NCBI GenBank assembly: GCA_964387675.1
Contig: CAYLWL010000002.1
Span: forward strand, 22,514-86,513
Length of the DNA stretch: 64,000 nucleotides
Direction: 5' to 3'
Source of the DNA: an uncultured Candidatus Saccharibacteria bacterium
Lineage (GTDB): Bacteria; Patescibacteriota; Minisyncoccia; UBA6257; 2-01-FULL-56-20
Below are positions 45,460 through 54,985 of this stretch, piece after piece. The translations under genes were made by a program, and so were the position numbers. The notes under the pieces are model-generated. The model ran no database searches and was not told the DNA's origin. It saw only the letters and a program-made list of their open reading frames with translations. Position 1 is the stretch's first letter. Each line of letters opens with the position of its first letter.

Positions 45460-45504
45460 TTATATGTTTATATGTAGGATATCTTTTCACGTAGAAACGT
45501 CAAG

Positions 45505-45585
45505 TGCCCGGGGAGAGAGTCGAACTCTCATGAGTTTCCTCACACGATTTTGAGTCGTGCGCGTCTGCCATTCCGCCACCCGGGC
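45505..45585 (-). tRNA. tRNA-Leu (anticodon CAA), no encoded CCA
   Basis: Reverse complement GCCCGGGTGGCGGAATGGCAGACGCGCACGACTCAAAATCGTGTGAGGAAACTCATGAGAGTTCGACTCTCTCCCCGGGCA. Long variable arm, T loop TTCGACT. Confidence 0.85.
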
Positions 45586-45637
45586 CATCTTTCTTATATT
45601 GGTTGATTATATATGGGTTTTTGCTAAAATCAATTCG

Positions 45638-46465
45638 ATGGCAAGAGTAATCGCAATTTGTAATGCCAAAGGCGGAGTCGGGAAAACCACGACCGCAGTG
45701 AACCTCGGCGCTTATCTCGCCTATATGGGCAGGCGCGCGCTGCTTTTGGATTTCGATCCGCAGGCGAACGCGAGTTCCGCTTTGGGCCACGATCATAAGG
45801 CCGGGCACCCGACGGTTTACCACGGAATTATGGGCCAGGTCGATCCGGAGCACGCAGTGCGGCCCACCGCGATTTATAACTTCAGTTACGTTCCGGCGGC
45901 GCCGCATTTGGCCGGGGCCCTCATCGAACTCGTGAACGTCATCGGCCGGGAATATTTCCTCCGCAAGTTTTTGAACAACATCCGCCACACGTACGATTAT
46001 ATTCTCATCGACTTGCCGCCGAGTTTGAGCTTGCTCACGGTGAATGGTCTTATCGCGAGCGACGAAGTGCTGATTCCGGTGCAGGCGGAATATTACAGCT
46101 TAGAGGGCCTGGGGCAGCTGCTCGAGACCATCAATCTTGTGAGGAATAACCTGAAGCATCCGCTCAAGGTTGCAGGCGCGGTGGTCACCATGCACGATAA
46201 GAGAGAGCACTTGAGCCGGGAAATCGCTAAAAACGTACGCAGGCATTTCCCTTATCATGTTTTTGAAACGGAAATTCCCAGAAGTATCGCGTTGGCCGAG
46301 GCGCCCAGTTTTTCCAAACCCGTCATACTTTACCGGCCGGATTCTCCGGGAGCGCTCGCGTATCAGCGTCTTGCGGACGAAGTTATCAGACAAGAAAAAG
46401 AACCGCAGACGCCGCAGGCGACAGTTGCGAGCGCCGACTTCGGGGATTTTAATATAAACCTTTAG
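45638..46465 (+). CDS. parA: chromosome partitioning ATPase ParA/Soj
   Basis: MARVIAICNAKGGVGKTTTAVNLGAYLA deviant Walker A. Confidence 0.9.
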   Translation: MARVIAICNAKGGVGKTTTAVNLGAYLAYMGRRALLLDFDPQANASSALGHDHKAGHPTVYHGIMGQVDPEHAVRPTAIYNFSYVPAAPHLAGALIELVNVIGREYFLRKFLNNIRHTYDYILIDLPPSLSLLTVNGLIASDEVLIPVQAEYYSLEGLGQLLETINLVRNNLKHPLKVAGAVVTMHDKREHLSREIAKNVRRHFPYHVFETEIPRSIALAEAPSFSKPVILYRPDSPGALAYQRLADEVIRQEKEPQTPQATVASADFGDFNINL

Positions 46466-46572
46466 TAAGCGAAATACTAATATACTAATTCGTGCGAATG
46501 ATACTAATGGATACTAATTCGTATTATTTGTATCATTAGCATGCATTCGTATATTGGTATCACACTTTATTC

Positions 46573-47577
46573 ATGTTAGGCAAAGGCCTCGAGTCATTAA
46601 TACCTCCGTCGCAAGGAGATGACGGCGTCGGGCAACCCGCGGCGCCAAGGACAATACCGGAGGACGCTGTAAAAAGTAATGCGGATGATCTCAAACCGCA
46701 CGATTTTGTTTTTCATATCGAGGTCGCTAAAATTTCACCGAATCCGAATCAGCCTCGCCGAAACTTCGATGAAGCCGGAATACGGGAACTCGCGAATTCT
46801 ATCCGCGAATTCGGCTTTTTACAGCCGCTTGTGATTACGCGCCGCGAAAAAGAGACGCCGAACGGCGTTGAGGTGAGCTACGAACTGATTGCCGGAGAGC
46901 GCCGGCTGATGGCCGCGAAGATGCTGGGACTCGAAGTGGTGCCGGCGATCATCAAGGGAGTCGATCGGGAGCGCGAAAAACTCGAACTCGCGATCGTAGA
47001 AAACATCCAGCGCGAGAACTTGAATCCGATCGAATCAGCCCGCGCCTTCCAGCAACTCCAAGAAGAATTCAGGTTAACGCAAAGAGAAATCGCCTCAAAG
47101 CTTGGGAAAAGCAGAGAATCGGTGGCGAATACGATGCGACTTCTCGATCTCCCGCCTTACGTTCAAGAAGCGCTTGAGAAAGGATACATTACGGAAAGCC
47201 ATGGCAGGTTTTTGCTGTCGGTTGCGAACCCCGGGAATCAGAGAAGGTTGTTCGATGAAATTATGATGAAGGGGCTGACCACGAGAGAGGTGAAAGAGAG
47301 AATACGCAGCGAAAACGCCGCCTCCGGGACGCCGGCCGCGGCCGAGTCGCCCAAAGAGACACATATTGGTTCGGCGCCGCTCACCACAAGAGAACTTCCT
47401 CCCGAGTTCAAAATGGCGGAAGAAAAATTGAGTTCCGAACTCGGCACGCCGGTGAAAATCGAGAAAAAAGGAGATCCGCCGGCTGGCGGAGGAAAGATTA
47501 CCATTACGTTCTACTCGGAAGAAGAACTGGAGAGTATTTTACGCAAAATCGGCGGCGGCGATCAAACAAGCTTATAG
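46573..47577 (+). CDS. parB: chromosome partitioning protein ParB/Spo0J
   Basis: GFLQPLVITRRE...YELIAGERRLMAAKMLGL, HTH block, C-terminal dimerisation region. Confidence 0.85.
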   Translation: MLGKGLESLIPPSQGDDGVGQPAAPRTIPEDAVKSNADDLKPHDFVFHIEVAKISPNPNQPRRNFDEAGIRELANSIREFGFLQPLVITRREKETPNGVEVSYELIAGERRLMAAKMLGLEVVPAIIKGVDREREKLELAIVENIQRENLNPIESARAFQQLQEEFRLTQREIASKLGKSRESVANTMRLLDLPPYVQEALEKGYITESHGRFLLSVANPGNQRRLFDEIMMKGLTTREVKERIRSENAASGTPAAAESPKETHIGSAPLTTRELPPEFKMAEEKLSSELGTPVKIEKKGDPPAGGGKITITFYSEEELESILRKIGGGDQTSL

Positions 47578-49262
47578 CTCACCTCCCGCACGCCTTTTAC
47601 TTTTTTTAGTTTGACAATGAGTTTTTGCAGGGTCTTCTTATCGGTAGTATCAACCTCCACTTTGTTTATCAAAAATTTCCCGGGCTGATGGGGGGCATGG
47701 AAGCTTAGAATTTTTATGTGCGATTGGGCAATAGCGGCTGATATGTCTTTGATCAAACCGACGCGGTCCTCGACGGTGATCTTCAGTTCGGTTTTGGTTG
47801 GCAGGTTGGCGCGCCTCGCGAAATCTCCCCGATTGCGCAACGCGTTTTTGATGTGATCCCGCGCGAGCGCGGTTTTCACGAATTTCAGCCAGTCCTCGGC
47901 CGGCTTTTTATTTTTTTGCGTGATGATTTCGACGAGTTCGCCGGAATGAAGCTCGTGATCCAGGGGGACGAGGGTGTTGTTCACTTTGGCGCCGACACAC
48001 GAGTCGCCGACTTCGCTGTGGATTTGGTACGCAAAATCGACCGGCGTCGATCCGACCGGCAAGTCAATGACGTCTCCCTTCGGGGTGATCGCGAAAATCC
48101 TGTCCTTGAAAAAATCAATTTTCATCGCTTGCATGAATTCATCGGGTTCGTAATCCTTGCTCCGGAACTTTTCCTGCCAGTTTTTGAGCTGTTGCACCCA
48201 GCGCAGTTCTTCGGCCATCTTTTTTGCCGCGCCGCCGGCCGCGACGCCCTTTTTCGATTGTTCATATATCCAATGAGCCGCGACGCCATGCTCGTTTTCC
48301 TCGTGCATCGATTTGGTCCGTATCTGGAACTCGACCATCTTGCCTTCGGGGCCGATGACCGTGGTGTGCAAACTTCGGTAATTATTCGGCTTGGGCATGG
48401 CAATGTAGTCCTTGATGCGTCCCGGGAGCGGCGGCCACTTTTCGTGAATGATGCCGAGCACGGCGTAGCACTCGGGAATCGTTTCCACAATAATCCTCAT
48501 GGCCACGATGTCGTATATCTTTTCCATATCCATATTGTGCCGCAGAAGTTTGTGGTATAAGCTCGACCGGCGTTTGGCCCGGAAGTCTATCTGAATCGGT
48601 TTCAATTTGTGCTGATGCAGGGTTTCTTCGAGCGCGGGTTTTATGTGCTCCAGATATCGGTACCTGTTTTCGTAGAGTTCCACGGCGATTTTTTCGAGCC
48701 ATTTGTCTTCTTTGTGATAGAGATAAGGGAAGGCGAGGTCGTGCAGTTCTCCGCTCAAATTTTGCATACCCAGGCGATAGGCGAGCGGGGCGTAAATTTC
48801 GTCGGTTTCGAGCGCGATCCTTTTCTGCTTGACGGGCGGGAGCGCCGCGAGCGTTTTCATGTTATGGAGCCGGTCGGCGAGTTTGATGAAAACCACCCGC
48901 AGATCGTGGCTTAGGGCGAGTATCATTTTTCTCATGTTCTCGACTTTGCTTTCCACGCCGCGATATTTTATCCTGCCGAGCTTGGTGACCCCATCCACCA
49001 AAAACGCCACTTCCTCGCCGAATTGTTCTTTAATCTGCGCGATCGGCACGCCCGTATCCTCCACGATGTCGTGGAGCAGGCCGGCCGCGATAGTATCTTC
49101 ATCCAGGTGCCACTCATTCAAAATTTCCGCGGTGGCGAGGACATGCTTGAAGTACGGCTCGCCGTTTTCTCTCTTCTGGCCGGCGTGCGCTTTCTCCGCG
49201 AAAGCGAATGCTCTTCCGGTGACGCTATTCGGTTTTATTTTGACGAATTCCGCTATGGTCAT
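47562..49262 (-). CDS. rsh: bifunctional (p)ppGpp synthetase/hydrolase RelA/SpoT homolog (short)
   Basis: HD domain (HLDEDTIAAGLLHDIVEDT), synthetase (RSLHTTVIGPEGKMVEFQIRT), TGS and ACT-like C-terminus. Confidence 0.85.
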   Translation of the reverse strand: MTIAEFVKIKPNSVTGRAFAFAEKAHAGQKRENGEPYFKHVLATAEILNEWHLDEDTIAAGLLHDIVEDTGVPIAQIKEQFGEEVAFLVDGVTKLGRIKYRGVESKVENMRKMILALSHDLRVVFIKLADRLHNMKTLAALPPVKQKRIALETDEIYAPLAYRLGMQNLSGELHDLAFPYLYHKEDKWLEKIAVELYENRYRYLEHIKPALEETLHQHKLKPIQIDFRAKRRSSLYHKLLRHNMDMEKIYDIVAMRIIVETIPECYAVLGIIHEKWPPLPGRIKDYIAMPKPNNYRSLHTTVIGPEGKMVEFQIRTKSMHEENEHGVAAHWIYEQSKKGVAAGGAAKKMAEELRWVQQLKNWQEKFRSKDYEPDEFMQAMKIDFFKDRIFAITPKGDVIDLPVGSTPVDFAYQIHSEVGDSCVGAKVNNTLVPLDHELHSGELVEIITQKNKKPAEDWLKFVKTALARDHIKNALRNRGDFARRANLPTKTELKITVEDRVGLIKDISAAIAQSHIKILSFHAPHQPGKFLINKVEVDTTDKKTLQKLIVKLKKVKGVREVSYKLV

Positions 49263-49269
49263 CCATTTA

Positions 49270-49299
49270 AGTGTCAGGTGTCAAGTGTCAGGTGTCAAG
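49270..49299. repeat. GTGTCAG tandem heptamer repeat
   Basis: gtgtcaggtgtcaagtgtcaggtgtcaag directly upstream of the rsh start. Confidence 0.8.
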
Positions 49300-49420
49300 A
49301 AAAACGAAGAGAAAACGAAATAACCGTCCGGAAAACCCGAATGGCTATCATCGCTAAATCTCCCGCTTCGCCAACGAAGCGAGGCGAGTCGGCGAAGCGA
49401 GTGATAATTTAAAGTTTTTC

Positions 49421-50002
49421 TTAACTTTTTCTTGCAACGACAACGGCAACCATAGTAAGGATGCTGACGAAAAGAGGAAACCAAACTTGTGAAAACCATG
49501 GAACCGGAATCAAGAAAAGGACGTCGGGGGTAAGGAGCGATGAAGGCCAACGAACCGTTGCCCACAAGCCGACGTAGTAAAAAATGTCCCACGCGGCGAA
49601 CGTCCAGAGAAATATCGCCCACCGCTCCCGTAAAGACGCAGTCGCGAGAAGAGCAACGACAAGTAGCATAATCATCGTGGCGGCTTCCCGAAAGAATTCC
49701 AGCACCAGCAAGCTCCTGGGCAGTTCGCCGAGAATTTGGGATTGCTGGTAGATGCCGGCAGAAAGCCGGGCCACATCGGAAAGCGTGCCGCCGTATCCGG
49801 GAAGGAGTCCTACCGCCGCGCGGAGATATACCACAACCGATGCTTCCACGAATCCGAAAGCGATTCCGAACAAACCGGCAAAGGTGAGCGTCCATATTGA
49901 TATGCCGAGTCCTTCCTTTCGCCATAAAGCGTACGCGACAAAGGGAACGGCAAAAAGGAGATTTACCCACCACGGTTTGGCGAAAAGTACGAGTTCGTTC
50001 AT
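49421..50002 (-). CDS. hypothetical polytopic membrane protein
   Basis: About 190 aa from MNELVLF, 6 TM helices. Abuts the topA stop. Confidence 0.4.
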   Translation of the reverse strand: MNELVLFAKPWWVNLLFAVPFVAYALWRKEGLGISIWTLTFAGLFGIAFGFVEASVVVYLRAAVGLLPGYGGTLSDVARLSAGIYQQSQILGELPRSLLVLEFFREAATMIMLLVVALLATASLRERWAIFLWTFAAWDIFYYVGLWATVRWPSSLLTPDVLFLIPVPWFSQVWFPLFVSILTMVAVVVARKS

Positions 50003-52383
50003 CTTTTTGGTTTCGGGGGATTCTCCCCGGCACCAGAAGACTTTTTGTCTTCGGTGCGGCCCGCTTCGCTGGAGCTTAAGCGAGGCGAGGGCTTCGCTCT
50101 CCATTCTTTATATGCGGCGTTGAGTTCATCCTCATTCTCGGGCCGCTTGTTCATCACGAAGGCGCAGTCCGGGAATCTGGTGCAGGCCCAGAACGGCTTG
50201 CCCCGCCCGCGGGATTTTTTCTCGACGATGTCGCCGATTAACTGCTTATCGCTTATCGCTAACTGCTTATCGTCTTTTGCATCGGGCTCTTTGCTCTTTG
50301 CTCTTTGCTCTTTGCAGTTAGGACACTTGAAGCCGGTTTTGTTCCAGATTCTCGAAACGCCTTTGCATTTCGGGTAATCGCTGCATCCCAAAAAGAATCC
50401 AAATCGTCCTCGTTTCACATCCATCGGTTTTCCACACAGCGGGCATCGTTCATCTTTTGTTTTTTCCTGAAGTTCTTTGATTTTTGCCGCTTCTTCGGGC
50501 ATCGGCAGTGTTACTTTGCTTTCGGGATCGGGACAGACCAAAAACTTCCCCATCCGGCCAAACTTCATGATCATCGGCTTGCCGCAATGGGGGCAGGGAG
50601 TGTCGGAAACTTCAGTGTGTTTCAACACACTTTCTTCTTTTTCGGCAAGATGTTTTTTGAACGGAGTGTAAAATTCGCGCATCACCTCCGTCCACTTTAT
50701 TTTTCCTTCGGCTATCGAATCGAACTCTTCTTCGACGTGAGAAGTGAACTTGATGTCCACGATTTCGGGGAAGTGCTCTACCAGGAGATCGTTTACCACC
50801 ATGCCGATTTCTGTGGGGTGATACTTTTTTTCAATCTTCTCAACGTATTCCCGCGCTTGGATAGTGGAGAGTGTCGGGGCATAGGTCGAAGGGCGGCCGA
50901 TGCCTTCCGCCTCGAGTACTTTAATGAGCGTCGCGTCCGTGTATCTCGGCAGGGGCTCCGTGAAGTGTCGGAGAGGATCGATTTTTTTTATCGTGAGCGC
51001 GTCTCCCTCGGCAAGCTTAGGGAGAGATGCTTGGTAGTCCTCGTCGGCTCCGCCAGCCGGCTGATCGTCGCGGCCTTCGGTGTACACTCTTATAAAGCCA
51101 TCGAAGACAACTCTTTGGCCGTTCGCCCGAAACGTTCCGCTCTTGTCGTCGGCGATGACGTCGACCGCCGTCTGTTCCATCTCCGCGGATCGCATCTGCG
51201 AGGCGAGCGTCCGTTTCCAGATGAGGCCATAAAGTCGATTTTGTCCACGGTCTTGAAAAAGGTCACCGCGGCGCGAAAGGTCCGTCGGTCGGATGGCTTC
51301 GTGCGCTTCCTGCGCGCCTTTGGATTTGGCGGTATAGACGCGAGGAACGTCGAGCGCGTATTGCGCGCCGAATTCGTCCGCGATGACGCTTTTTGCTTGG
51401 GCGAGCGCGGACGAGGCGAGGGAAACGCTGTCTGTTCTCATATACGTTATGTGGCCGTTTTCATAAAGTTGTTGCGCGATCACCATGGTCTGCTTCGCCG
51501 AGAATCCTAATTTTCTCGCCGCTTCCTGCTGGAGAGTAGAGGTGGTGAACGGCGGCGCCGGGTTGCGAAGTACGTCTTTGACAGTGACCGATTGGACGGC
51601 ATATTTTTTGTTTTTGAGACGGGATACGATCTTGTCGGCCGAGTCGCCGTCTTTGATATCCATTTTGCCGAGAGATTTTCCGTCGAGCGCCACGAGCCGC
51701 GTCCGGAACGGATTACCTTTCACTCCTTTCGCAAAGTCCGCTTCGACGGACCAATATTCTTCACTCTTGAACTTTTGGATTTCCCGCTCGCGTTCTACGA
51801 TGAGCCGCACGGCAACGGACTGAACGCGGCCGGCAGATAATCCATAGCGAATTTTTCTCCACAAGAAAGGAGAGAGCTCGTAACCCACCATTCTGTCGAG
51901 CACTCTTCGCGCTTGTTGGGCATCAACAAGGTTCATGTCGATCTCCCGCGGGTTTTTAAGGGCCTCCTCGATAGCGGGTTTTGTGATTTCATGGAAGGCG
52001 ATGCGCTCAATCGGCAAAGGGCCGATAGCCGATGGCAAAGGGGCGGACCTTTTGCTCTTTGCTCTTTGCTCTTTGCCGTTCAAGCCAAGGGCTTGAACAA
52101 GGTGCCAGGCGATTGCTTCTCCTTCCCGGTCCTCATCGGTTGCGAGGATAACCCCCTCGGCCTTCTCCATTCTGTTTTGCAAGTTCTTGATGACGTCCTT
52201 CGCCTTCACGGGAATCGTATACGTCGGCGCAAAATCGTGTTCGACATCTATGCCGAACTTGCTTTTTGGCAGGTCGCGAACGTGGCCGTAAGACGATTCG
52301 ACTTCAAAGTTTTTTCCAAGGAACTTGCCGATTGTCTTGGCCTTGGTGGGGGATTCTACGATTACTAATTTCATTTCTTTGCT
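49999..52383 (-). CDS. topA: DNA topoisomerase I with C-terminal zinc ribbons and in-frame repeat-derived insertions
   Basis: MKLVIVESPTKAKTIGKFLG (TOPRIM), YMRTDS active-site Tyr, Cys4 ribbons (CPHCGK...CPLCGK...CPNCKE). Inserts KEQRAKSKRSAP (52048-52075) and KEQRAKSKEPDAKDDKQLAISDKQL (50236-50315). Confidence 0.85.
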   Translation of the reverse strand, partial: SKEMKLVIVESPTKAKTIGKFLGKNFEVESSYGHVRDLPKSKFGIDVEHDFAPTYTIPVKAKDVIKNLQNRMEKAEGVILATDEDREGEAIAWHLVQALGLNGKEQRAKSKRSAPLPSAIGPLPIERIAFHEITKPAIEEALKNPREIDMNLVDAQQARRVLDRMVGYELSPFLWRKIRYGLSAGRVQSVAVRLIVEREREIQKFKSEEYWSVEADFAKGVKGNPFRTRLVALDGKSLGKMDIKDGDSADKIVSRLKNKKYAVQSVTVKDVLRNPAPPFTTSTLQQEAARKLGFSAKQTMVIAQQLYENGHITYMRTDSVSLASSALAQAKSVIADEFGAQYALDVPRVYTAKSKGAQEAHEAIRPTDLSRRGDLFQDRGQNRLYGLIWKRTLASQMRSAEMEQTAVDVIADDKSGTFRANGQRVVFDGFIRVYTEGRDDQPAGGADEDYQASLPKLAEGDALTIKKIDPLRHFTEPLPRYTDATLIKVLEAEGIGRPSTYAPTLSTIQAREYVEKIEKKYHPTEIGMVVNDLLVEHFPEIVDIKFTSHVEEEFDSIAEGKIKWTEVMREFYTPFKKHLAEKEESVLKHTEVSDTPCPHCGKPMIMKFGRMGKFLVCPDPESKVTLPMPEEAAKIKELQEKTKDERCPLCGKPMDVKRGRFGFFLGCSDYPKCKGVSRIWNKTGFKCPNCKEQRAKSKEPDAKDDKQLAISDKQLIGDIVEKKSRGRGKPFWACTRFPDCAFVMNKRPENEDELNAAYKEWRAKPSPRLSSSEAGRTEDKKSSGAGENPPKPKR

Positions 52384-52814
52384 ATTTTTAAGTATTTTTG
52401 GACCCCTTCGAGCCAACCGCCCGAAAAGTACTTTTCCGGTTTGAAGTTTTTCACGGAAATCCACAAATACCGAGAGTGTCTTTTGGAAAGCCGGATAGTG
52501 CCGCCAATATATTTTGCCCGATAGCCGACGGCAAAAATTCTCGCCTTTTTGCGTCCGCCTGGCATTCTTTCCTTTCTTTCGTGCCTCATAAAAACCACGG
52601 GTTTTCCAAGGTCGTATTTAATACGAGAACCGAGTTCCTCCTTTACTTTTCTTTGCAAGATTTTCTCTAATGGAGTATTAAATTCGTTGGGTAAGATTCT
52701 CCCGCCCGGTATGTCCCAATGTTTAAAACTATCTTCAAAAATAAAGAGTTTGCCCCCTTTTCTTAAGAAAACTTTGACCGCGACATAATAAACATCTTTC
52801 GCGTTATTTTTCAT
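52371..52814 (-). CDS. NUDIX hydrolase
   Basis: WDIPGGRILPNEFNTPLEKILQRKVKEELG is a canonical Nudix box. Confidence 0.75.
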   Translation of the reverse strand: MKNNAKDVYYVAVKVFLRKGGKLFIFEDSFKHWDIPGGRILPNEFNTPLEKILQRKVKEELGSRIKYDLGKPVVFMRHERKERMPGGRKKARIFAVGYRAKYIGGTIRLSKRHSRYLWISVKNFKPEKYFSGGWLEGVQKYLKIAKK

Positions 52815-53887
52815 ACTGATTGCGCATTGGTTGCGTAGCCCTGGGCCGTTTCTCTCACGACATCTTTCATTATAAGGAATGTGAGGGCCTTGTTTATGTC
52901 CGAAGTATTGAGATTAGTCAATTCCGTGAGTTTGTCAACATCGGCCGGCGCGCCGATCTTCGCGAGCGCCGCAAAAACCCGCTTTTCTTCTTCGGTTTCG
53001 AGGTGCGCCAAACTGCCTTTCGTCGAAGCGGTTTCGATGCCGAATGCCTGCAGGATTTCTTCTGATTTGGTGACAAGCTCGGCGCCGGCGCGGATAAGCT
53101 GGTTCGAGCCGTAGAAATTCGGATGGTTGACCGGCCCGGGGACGACGAACACTTCCCGATTTTGTTCCAGCGCCAGACGGGCGGTGACGAGCGATCCGGA
53201 ATGTTTAGGCGCTTCAATGACGAGCGTGCCGCGCGAGAGGCCGCTCACAATTCTGTTGCGTTCCAGGAATCGATATTGGAATACTTCCGAGCCGAGCGGA
53301 TATTCAGAAATCACCGCGCCGCCCGACTCGATGATTTTTTTAGCCAATCGCTCATTTGTTCTGGGGCAAATTTGGTCGAGTCCGTTTGCGAGAACGGCGA
53401 CCGCTTTTCCTCCACCATTGAGGCATCCTTCGTGCGCCGCGGCATCAAGGCCCAAAGCCAAACCGCTTACGATCGCAAAACCGTTTCTTGCGAGTTCCGA
53501 GGCGAACTGTTTTGCCAGGGCCTTGCCGTCATACGTCGCTTTTCTCGTGCCGACGATCGCTACCGGCGGCAAGGAATCATCCGGTATGGTTCCGAGGACA
53601 TATATTCCGAACGGTGATTGAGGTATTTCTCGAAGCAGTTTTGGATACGCCGCATCTTCTTGGATCAGTAATCGTACTCCTCCTTTTTCGAGTTTTTTCC
53701 ATTCCCGCTCAACTTCAATGCCCGTGCCGCCACCGAGGGCGTTCCATGCTTTTTCCCAATCCCCGAACCGATCTTTGATTTTCGCGTTTTTTCGGTAATC
53801 TCCCTGATTGAGCAGGTTGATGGCGTTGTAAAATACTACTCCAGGATTCATTTTGTAAGAATAGCCCATACCGGGATTATGATACAA
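52811..53887 (-). CDS. dprA: DNA processing protein DprA (Smf)
   Basis: VAIVGTRKATYDGKALAKQFASELARNGFAIVSGLALGLDAAAHEGCL, C-terminal winged helix. Confidence 0.8.
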   Translation of the reverse strand: MYHNPGMGYSYKMNPGVVFYNAINLLNQGDYRKNAKIKDRFGDWEKAWNALGGGTGIEVEREWKKLEKGGVRLLIQEDAAYPKLLREIPQSPFGIYVLGTIPDDSLPPVAIVGTRKATYDGKALAKQFASELARNGFAIVSGLALGLDAAAHEGCLNGGGKAVAVLANGLDQICPRTNERLAKKIIESGGAVISEYPLGSEVFQYRFLERNRIVSGLSRGTLVIEAPKHSGSLVTARLALEQNREVFVVPGPVNHPNFYGSNQLIRAGAELVTKSEEILQAFGIETASTKGSLAHLETEEEKRVFAALAKIGAPADVDKLTELTNLNTSDINKALTFLIMKDVVRETAQGYATNAQSV

Positions 53888-53891
53888 ATGG

Positions 53892-54449
53892 GTGTTATTT
53901 GCTACAATAGTAAAGATGGGACCAGATTATTTTAGGCGAGAACTGACCGTCAATTTTTCGATTATCATCGGGAGCATGGTTGTGTTCGCGGGGATATTGT
54001 ATTTCTTTTCACAGGAGCTGTCTTCCGAAGCGGAAAAAATCGTTGCTCGTCGGCTGCTGATCAACCAGCGCGTCAGCGCCATCGGGACGCTCGCCGCGTT
54101 GAAAAAAGACGCGCCGCAAGCTGATGCGTATCTCCATGCGATGAATTGGCTTCTTGTTGCTCAAGATCAGCTCCTCGAGTTCCCGCGCTGGCTTGACGGG
54201 CTTGCGCGAGTAAGACAAACAGGGATCAAGTTTTCTTTTCACGGCAACCAGGTTGCTCCGCGGGAAAATTCGCCGGGATATATTCCATTCTCGCTTGATC
54301 TGCAAGGGGGGTTGCAAAACCTCACGGATTTTTTGAAAGATGTGGAGTTTCAGTCGCCGCGATTTCTCGCGGAGATAGATAATTTCGATATTACGAAGAA
54401 CGAGTCCGGATACCGGCTTTCGGCAAACGGCAGAGTATTCTTCCAATAA
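53892..54449 (+). CDS. hypothetical single-pass membrane protein (PilO/PilN-like topology)
   Basis: 185 aa, N-terminal TM then coiled coil. No diagnostic motif. Confidence 0.3.
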   Translation: MLFATIVKMGPDYFRRELTVNFSIIIGSMVVFAGILYFFSQELSSEAEKIVARRLLINQRVSAIGTLAALKKDAPQADAYLHAMNWLLVAQDQLLEFPRWLDGLARVRQTGIKFSFHGNQVAPRENSPGYIPFSLDLQGGLQNLTDFLKDVEFQSPRFLAEIDNFDITKNESGYRLSANGRVFFQ

Positions 54450-54452
54450 AAA

Positions 54453-54668
54453 ATGAAAGACCTTTTTAAAAAACGCCCCGAATTTGTTTTTGCCGGCATT
54501 ACGATCTTGTTTCTGACAATCTTGATCGGGTATTTCGCGTGGGGGATGCGAATGATTATGACAAATCTCGGTACCGCGATCGGATCCGGGACCAGAAATG
54601 GCCAAGCAGGCGCGGGATTTGATTTGGAAGGAGCGAAGAGGTTAGACTTGAAAGGATTGATTCAATAG
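54453..54668 (+). CDS. hypothetical small membrane protein
   Basis: 71 aa, one TM (FVFAGITILFLTILIGYFAWG). Confidence 0.3.
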   Translation: MKDLFKKRPEFVFAGITILFLTILIGYFAWGMRMIMTNLGTAIGSGTRNGQAGAGFDLEGAKRLDLKGLIQ

Positions 54669-54703
54669 GTTCGCAACCGATAATGCTTTATCTGCCGGGG
54701 GAA

Positions 54704-54725
54704 GTGAGTGAATGCGCGATTAGCT
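54704..54725 (+). pseudogene. tRNA 5'-half-like fragment (acceptor plus D arm)
   Basis: GCGCGATTAGCTCAGTGGCAGA, immediately followed by a GC palindromic repeat. Matching 3' half at 54961-54985. Confidence 0.4.
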
Positions 54726-54768
54726 CAGTGGCAGACCTGCCTGCCGGCAGGCAGGTCTGCCTGCCGGC
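54726..54768. repeat. GC-rich palindromic repeat (same family as 18622-18685)
   Basis: cctgcctgccggcaggcaggtctgcctgccggcaggcagggcg. Confidence 0.75.
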
Positions 54769-54828
54769 AGGCAGGGCGCTTGTTGACCCCGCACCTTCGG
54801 AGGCGTATTATTTTAGGAATCGATGCAA

Positions 54829-54901
54829 GCGCGTGTAGCTCAGTGGTTAGAGCGCGTCGTTGACATCGACGAGGCCCGTGGTCCGATTCCACGCACGCGC
54901 A
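54829..54901 (+). tRNA. tRNA-Val (anticodon GAC)
   Basis: GCGCGTG TA GCTC AGTGGTTA GAGC G CGTCG TTGACAT CGACG AGGCC CGTGG TCCGATT CCACG CACGCGC A. All stems Watson-Crick. Confidence 0.85.
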
Positions 54902-54960
54902 CGGTTTTTAATTGGAACATACACGCCTCCAAAGTTGACGGGGCAAGCACGCAAGAGGCC

Positions 54961-54985
54961 GCAGGTCCGATCCCTGCATCGCGCA
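54961..54985 (+). pseudogene. tRNA 3'-half-like fragment (T arm plus acceptor 3' strand)
   Basis: GCAGG TCCGATC CCTGC ATCGCGC A. The acceptor strand is complementary to GCGCGAT at 54704-54710. Confidence 0.4.

Noticed and set aside
54704-54768. Complete tRNA starting at GCGCGATTAGCTCAGTGGCAGA
   Set aside because: D loop is immediately interrupted by the GC palindromic repeat and no anticodon or T arms follow locally; kept only as a 5'-half fragment.
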